A stretch of DNA of 32,239 nucleotides, taken from NCBI GenBank assembly GCA_050485205.1, contig JBJHAY010000001.1, forward strand, positions 1 through 32,239, in the 5' to 3' direction. Both the position numbers and the translations under genes were made by a program. Under the pieces are notes generated by a model. It had not been told where the DNA came from. It saw only the letters and a program-made list of their open reading frames with translations, and made no database searches. This DNA is from Gammaproteobacteria bacterium. GTDB lineage: Bacteria; Pseudomonadota; Gammaproteobacteria; Pseudomonadales; Pseudohongiellaceae. Shown here one piece after another: positions 28,000-32,239 of the stretch (its first letter is position 1; each line of letters begins with the position of its first letter).

Positions 28000-28959
28000 A
28001 TGTTGTCGAGCGTTGCCGAAAGAATTTACTGGCTTGGACGTTACATCGAGCGAGTCGAAAATACCGCGCGCTTGCTCAATGTCTATTCCGCCATGCTGTT
28101 CGATCTGCCCAGGGGGACTCCTCTTGGGTGGGGGACCTTGATCGATATCATGGGGGTCAATGAGGAGTTTGGGAAAAAGTCAGAAAATTATGATGAGCGG
28201 TCAGTAATACGATATCTGGTGGCTGATGCCACAAACCATTCGTCAATTTTCAGCTCACTCAGATTGGTAAGGGAAAATGCCCGCACCAGTCGTGAAGTGA
28301 TTCCATCCGAAGCATGGGAAAACATCAACGATCTGTATCTCTATGTGAAGGATAATGTGTCACATTGTGGCGCTCGAGGCCGTCGTCATGAAATTCTCAA
28401 TGAGGTGATCAATCATTGTCAGCTGATAGCTGGTCTGTTGTCGGGCACCATGAGCCACAATGTGGCCTATGCCTTTATTCATCTGGGCAGAAAACTTGAG
28501 CGCGCTGACATGACAACCAGAATCGTGGATGTAGGTTCCATCAATTTATTGCCGGGATTTTCCGACAAGAGCAGCCAGAGATCCATCCTGGAGCCATATG
28601 AGAATGTGGTGTGGATGAATATATTGCGTTGTTTGAGCGCCTATCAGGCCTATCGTCAACAAGTTCATAACCGGGTAGGTGGCGAGGAGGTGGTGAAATT
28701 CCTGCTTCAGGATGAGGACTTTCCGCGCTCCATCAGTTTTTGCCTTTCGCAGCTAAGTTTCTTCATTCAGAAGTTACCAGCAAACGACAATGTGCAAAGA
28801 GCCGTGGCGAGAGTGCAGCGCGTCAGCAAAGAAGTGGCTGTCAGCGAGTTGTTGAAGCGTGGCCTGTTGGATTTTATTGATGAGTTGCAGATATCCATTG
28901 CCGATATCCACGAGGAGATCAGTAACAGTTGGTTCAGGCCAGTGGCCCCGGGAGAGTGA
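28000..28959 (+). CDS. Alpha-E domain protein
   Basis: 319-aa ORF. Characteristic ER motifs are AERIYWLGRYIERVENTARLLNV at the N-terminus and HLGRKLERADMTTRIVDV. The ATG lies 2 nt after the ATP-grasp stop. Confidence 0.88.
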   Translation: MLSSVAERIYWLGRYIERVENTARLLNVYSAMLFDLPRGTPLGWGTLIDIMGVNEEFGKKSENYDERSVIRYLVADATNHSSIFSSLRLVRENARTSREVIPSEAWENINDLYLYVKDNVSHCGARGRRHEILNEVINHCQLIAGLLSGTMSHNVAYAFIHLGRKLERADMTTRIVDVGSINLLPGFSDKSSQRSILEPYENVVWMNILRCLSAYQAYRQQVHNRVGGEEVVKFLLQDEDFPRSISFCLSQLSFFIQKLPANDNVQRAVARVQRVSKEVAVSELLKRGLLDFIDELQISIADIHEEISNSWFRPVAPGE

Positions 28960-29019
28960 ACTACCGGATTCAGGCTTGTACCATCAAGGACAGGAAAGTA
29001 CCGGTTTGCCGGAGCGGCT

Positions 29020-29778
29020 TCAGTACACGCCGCTCTTGCTGTCGGATATCTTGTTCCAGCTGGCGGCCCAGGCCAGGGGAGGCAGTTGGTTGAATGCTTC
29101 CTTCAGTCGCCTGTCCCAACTCTTCTTCAATTCCCGCAAGAACTCGCTGTCTTCCTCGAAACGCAGATACGGCTGCAGAACAAAGCTGTTGGCATGGTAG
29201 AGCAGAATTTCGATGGGAGGCCCAACGCTCAGGTTACTCTGCATGGTGGAATCCATGGAGACCAGGGCGCAAAGCGCGGCGGTATCGAGCTCTGTATCAG
29301 GTTTGATGATGCGGTCCAGGATGGGCTTGCCATACTTGCTTTCGCCGATCTGGAGGAAGGGAGTGTCCTTGGAGCTGGTGATGTGGTTGCCTTCCGGGTA
29401 AATCAACACAATGCGGTGATGGTTGTCACCGATCTGCCCACCAAGGATGAAACTGGCTTCAAAGCCAGGGCCCATGGTGCCATGTTTTTCCTGCTGTGAG
29501 CGGCTGATACGGCCCAGATAGTCGGCGGCGTCGCCGATGGTTTCCACTGTCTTCAGGCTTACCTCTGCTTCTTCCCTGAGATCCCGCCGCATTTGGGCAA
29601 TGGAGCCCTGGGTGGTAGCAAGATTGCCAGCCGAGAGCACCACGATTTGGCGATCGGGGCCCAGGTCGAAGCGCGCCATTTTGCTATAGGTGCTGACCTG
29701 ATCAACGCCGGCGTTGGTCCTGGAGTCTGAACAAAACACCATCCCGGCATTCACTGAAATCGCCAAGCAATAAGTCAT
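29020..29778 (-). CDS. Anbu-type proteasome beta-subunit homologue (Ntn-hydrolase peptidase, COG3484-like)
   Basis: 252-aa ORF starting MTYCLAISVNAGMVFCSDSRTNAGVD..YSKM. The nucleophile Thr follows the initiator Met directly (no propeptide). Asp and Lys sit at proteasome-like positions. It is linked to ATP-grasp, alpha-E and transglutaminase genes, as in Anbu loci. Confidence 0.85.
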   Translation of the reverse strand: MTYCLAISVNAGMVFCSDSRTNAGVDQVSTYSKMARFDLGPDRQIVVLSAGNLATTQGSIAQMRRDLREEAEVSLKTVETIGDAADYLGRISRSQQEKHGTMGPGFEASFILGGQIGDNHHRIVLIYPEGNHITSSKDTPFLQIGESKYGKPILDRIIKPDTELDTAALCALVSMDSTMQSNLSVGPPIEILLYHANSFVLQPYLRFEEDSEFLRELKKSWDRRLKEAFNQLPPLAWAASWNKISDSKSGVY

Positions 29779-29908
29779 AAAAGGGAGTTACCTGCTTACA
29801 GGGGAAAAATATCAGCTGTCCATTCACCATTCAGGTGTCATGGGCGAGGGGCAAATACTAGCTCACCGGTCAGTGCCATGCAATTGTGAGTTGGGGCTTT
29901 GCGAATAA

Positions 29909-30472
29909 TCATCGGGGTAACAGGGCTTGCAGCCGCCGGTGAAGTTCCTGATCCATGGGCTTTTCCTGGATTTCATCACTGCCAAGCCCCAGTAATTCAT
30001 GGGGGAAGACCAGCCATTGGTCGCATTCGTGTAAAAAATAGTCAGGTGCCATGCCTGTGAGGTTGTTGCCTGGTTTGTAATAGGGGGTCGCGACCCGTAT
30101 CTCTGGCGGAGTTCCCTGATACAGAGTGTCCAGTTCCGCGAGAATCTGCTTGATGCTGAGCCCGGTGTCGAAGACGTCGTCGATGATCAACAAGGAAGCA
30201 TTTGGGGCCAGATTTTGTCTGATGTAGTCCAGCCCATCGACCTTGACAGTAGTGCGCTTGCCGATACCGCTGTAGGACGATGCCCTGATGGCGACATGGT
30301 CACAGGCAATGCCGGCCAATGCCAGGGTTTCCTGGATGGCGATGGCGATGGGAGCTCCGCCTCTCCAGACTCCTGCCAACAGATCAGGTTTGTAGCCGTT
30401 GTCCAGAATGGAGAGGGCCAGGCGCAGGGAGTCTTCCAGAAGCTGTTGGGCTGAGATATAGGTTTTTTGCAT
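29909..30472 (-). CDS. Phosphoribosyltransferase family protein (xanthine-guanine/purine PRT-like)
   Basis: 187-aa ORF. PRPP-binding loop LLIIDDVFDTGLS. N-terminal layout (..LLAGVWRGGAPIAIAI..) is similar to Gpt-type PRTs. Confidence 0.75.
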   Translation of the reverse strand: MQKTYISAQQLLEDSLRLALSILDNGYKPDLLAGVWRGGAPIAIAIQETLALAGIACDHVAIRASSYSGIGKRTTVKVDGLDYIRQNLAPNASLLIIDDVFDTGLSIKQILAELDTLYQGTPPEIRVATPYYKPGNNLTGMAPDYFLHECDQWLVFPHELLGLGSDEIQEKPMDQELHRRLQALLPR

Positions 30473-30525
30473 CAGAGGGCGGCTTTGGACAGTAGGTGGG
30501 CAGGAACCGCGCCGACATAGTCTGC

Positions 30526-31506
30526 TCAGCGGGTTTCCTGGGTGCTGTCACTTCCCAACAGGCCCAGGGTGACGATGTTGAGCCAGGACCGCTTCTGCTC
30601 TTCAACGGGGACGTTGAAGGCATAGGGAGTATCATTGGCCGCAGGCCTTCTGGTGGGTGCCAGAGGCGCGTCACGCTTGTTGGAGCCCACCAGGCCAAAG
30701 GTCACTGAGTACAGGAAAGAAGGGTCCGTGATCTGGGTGGACACGATGAAGTTGCCGTTGGGGTCCAGGGTGGGACTGTCCGGATAGTTGGCCTTGAGCA
30801 CTGCCAGTGAGGTATCGGCAAGGTCAGTAAGACCCAGCCTGAGGTACATTTCCACCACGATCTCCATGGCCCGCGGGACTGCGGGGGTCCCCTGGTAGTT
30901 TTCCACCACGTAGCGTGCGCGGTTGAGAGAGGACAGGTAGGCCTGGCGTTCGATGTAGAACTCTGCCACGTGCACTTCATAGGCCGCCAGCATGTTCTTG
31001 AGGTAGATCATCCTGGCGCGGGCATCCGGCGCATAGGGACTGTCGGGGTAGCGGGCCAATAATTGCGCGAAATCGGCGAATGCTTCCCTGGCCTTGCCTG
31101 GATCGCGCTTGCTGGGGTCGGTGGGCAGATAACGCCCCAGAAAGCGGGAGTTCTCGGTGTAGAAGGACATGCCCTTCATGTAGTAGGCATAGTCGATATT
31201 GGGATCATCCGGATGCAGGCGGATAAAGCGATCGGCCGCGGCGCGGGCGGCTTCAGGCTCACCGTTCTTGTAGTAGGCATAGACCAGTTCGATCTGGGAT
31301 TGGGCGGCATATTCACCAAATGGAAACTGGGCTTCCAGTTCCTGAAACACGGCGATGGCACGTGGATAGTTGGAAACCTCCAGGGATCTTGAGCCCAGGT
31401 CGTAGAGGAATTCCTCGGTGGAGCCGGCGAACTCGTTTTTGTTGGAGCAGGCGGTGATCGCCAACATGGCCGTCACCAGGAAAAGGCTTCTGAGTTGCAG
31501 GATCAT
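30526..31506 (-). CDS. bamD: Outer membrane protein assembly factor BamD (lipoprotein, TPR-like)
   Basis: Signal peptide with lipobox MILQLRSLFLVTAMLAITAC; BamD/YfiO-type helical repeats; divergent from rluD as in many proteobacteria. The ATG at 31506 is preferred over the ORF-track 31569. It carries a roughly 80-aa C-terminal extension. Confidence 0.88.
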   Translation of the reverse strand: MILQLRSLFLVTAMLAITACSNKNEFAGSTEEFLYDLGSRSLEVSNYPRAIAVFQELEAQFPFGEYAAQSQIELVYAYYKNGEPEAARAAADRFIRLHPDDPNIDYAYYMKGMSFYTENSRFLGRYLPTDPSKRDPGKAREAFADFAQLLARYPDSPYAPDARARMIYLKNMLAAYEVHVAEFYIERQAYLSSLNRARYVVENYQGTPAVPRAMEIVVEMYLRLGLTDLADTSLAVLKANYPDSPTLDPNGNFIVSTQITDPSFLYSVTFGLVGSNKRDAPLAPTRRPAANDTPYAFNVPVEEQKRSWLNIVTLGLLGSDSTQETR

Positions 31507-31583
31507 GGCTTCTCTGTCATTGACTGGTTTTGAATTCAGCGGCGGTGCCCGGGTTTTGCTGTCGGGCATGGCGCGAGCCTGGA

Positions 31584-31589
31584 TATAAT
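31584..31589 (+). promoter_or_regulatory. Candidate -10 box (TATAAT) for rluD
   Basis: Perfect TATAAT about 100 nt upstream of the rluD GTG in the bamD-rluD divergent spacer. No convincing -35. Confidence 0.25.
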
Positions 31590-31687
31590 GGCCGACAGTG
31601 TACTACAAATCCGCCAGGGCTTGCCTCGTCGGGTTAATCATCAGCCATCCGGGGCCCACACCCCGCGTTACAAGGACAATAGACAAC

Positions 31688-32239
31688 GTGAGCAGGGAAA
31701 AGTTTGTTCAGGAGGCGATCGTGCCGGAAAGTCTGTCCGGCTTCAGGCTGGATCAGGTGGCCGCCCTGATGTTTCCGGATTTCTCCAGGGCCAGGCTCCA
31801 GCAGTGGATCAAGGAAGGTGCCCTGACGGTAGATGGCAACATAATGAAAAACAAGGAAAAAGTGCTGGGAGGTGAGCATTTGGCCTTGGCTGCGATACTG
31901 GAAGTGGAGACTGGGGGGCATGAGGCGGAACCCTTGCCCTTGCGGGTAGTGCACCAGGATGATGCCTTGCTGGTTATCGACAAGCCTGTGGGCATGGTGG
32001 TGCACCCGGCCGCGGGCAATCGGGATGGCACCCTGCTCAATGCCCTGTTGCACCACTTTCCCGGCCAGGACAAGCTGCCGAGGGCCGGCATCGTGCATCG
32101 CCTGGACAAGGACACCAGTGGATTGATGGTGGTGGCGCGTACCTTGCAGGCCCATCGCAGCCTGGTGGAACAACTGCAGGAGCGGACCTTGTCGCGTGAA
32201 TACCTTGCCTTGGCCCAGGGTGTCATCACCGCTGGTGGA
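31688..32239 (+). CDS. rluD: 23S rRNA pseudouridine synthase RluD (5' partial, continues beyond the window)
   Basis: Hand translation from the GTG at 31688: (M)SREKFVQEAIVPESLSGFRLDQVAALMFPDFSRARLQQWIKEGALTVDGN.. (S4 domain, parallels the E. coli RluD N-terminus). It continues ..LLVIDKPVGMVVHPAAGN..GIVHRLDKDTSGLMVVA, which has the catalytic Asp motif HRLDKDTSG. There is no stop before the window end, so it is absent from the ORF track. Confidence 0.9.
   Translation, partial: MSREKFVQEAIVPESLSGFRLDQVAALMFPDFSRARLQQWIKEGALTVDGNIMKNKEKVLGGEHLALAAILEVETGGHEAEPLPLRVVHQDDALLVIDKPVGMVVHPAAGNRDGTLLNALLHHFPGQDKLPRAGIVHRLDKDTSGLMVVARTLQAHRSLVEQLQERTLSREYLALAQGVITAGG

Noticed and set aside
28960-29019. 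Possible bidirectional terminator between the convergent alpha-E and Anbu genes.
   Set aside because: Only a 4-bp ccgg/ccgg palindrome and a direct taccgg repeat are present. There is no stable stem with a flanking U/A tract.
1-32239. Scan for CRISPR arrays, tRNA/rRNA genes, transposases, integrases and phage or defence genes.
   Set aside because: No regularly spaced direct repeats, no tRNA-like cloverleaf signatures in the intergenic regions, and no ORF resembling mobile-element or known defence proteins were seen. The only repeat-type element is the REP doublet at 3417-3653.

Overview
Moderately GC-rich, almost fully coding chromosomal window. The gene content looks gammaproteobacterial: a bamD/rluD divergent pair, an Entner-Doudoroff (ED) operon and Pseudomonas-type REP-like repeats. 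Left to right: (1) a eukaryote-like (type 2) isoleucyl-tRNA synthetase on the minus strand. Its upstream region holds features absent from the ORF track: a 16-codon mini-ORF with five consecutive Ile codons, a possible antiterminator helix, a strong intrinsic terminator (together a candidate ribosome-mediated attenuator for ileS), and a 237-bp nested palindromic REP-doublet element that looks inserted between the attenuator and the ileS start. (2) A beta-CASP metallo-beta-lactamase-fold RNase (+). (3) A six-gene glycogen operon, malQ-glgB-glgX-glgP-glgC-glgA (+). (4) A convergent five-gene ED/glucose operon, zwf-pgl-edd-glk-eda (-). (5) A functionally uncharacterised Anbu (proteasome beta-subunit homologue) gene set split over three transcription units: a large transglutaminase/DUF2126 protein (-, interrupted by a frameshift), a circularly permuted ATP-grasp ligase plus alpha-E protein (+), and Anbu (-). 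(6) A purine-PRT-like phosphoribosyltransferase (-), bamD (-) and the 5' part of rluD (+, runs off the window). I saw no CRISPR array, rRNA/tRNA gene, transposase or integrase. The two most interesting items are the ileS leader-peptide attenuator candidate and the rearranged, frameshifted Anbu/ATP-grasp/alpha-E/transglutaminase cluster.
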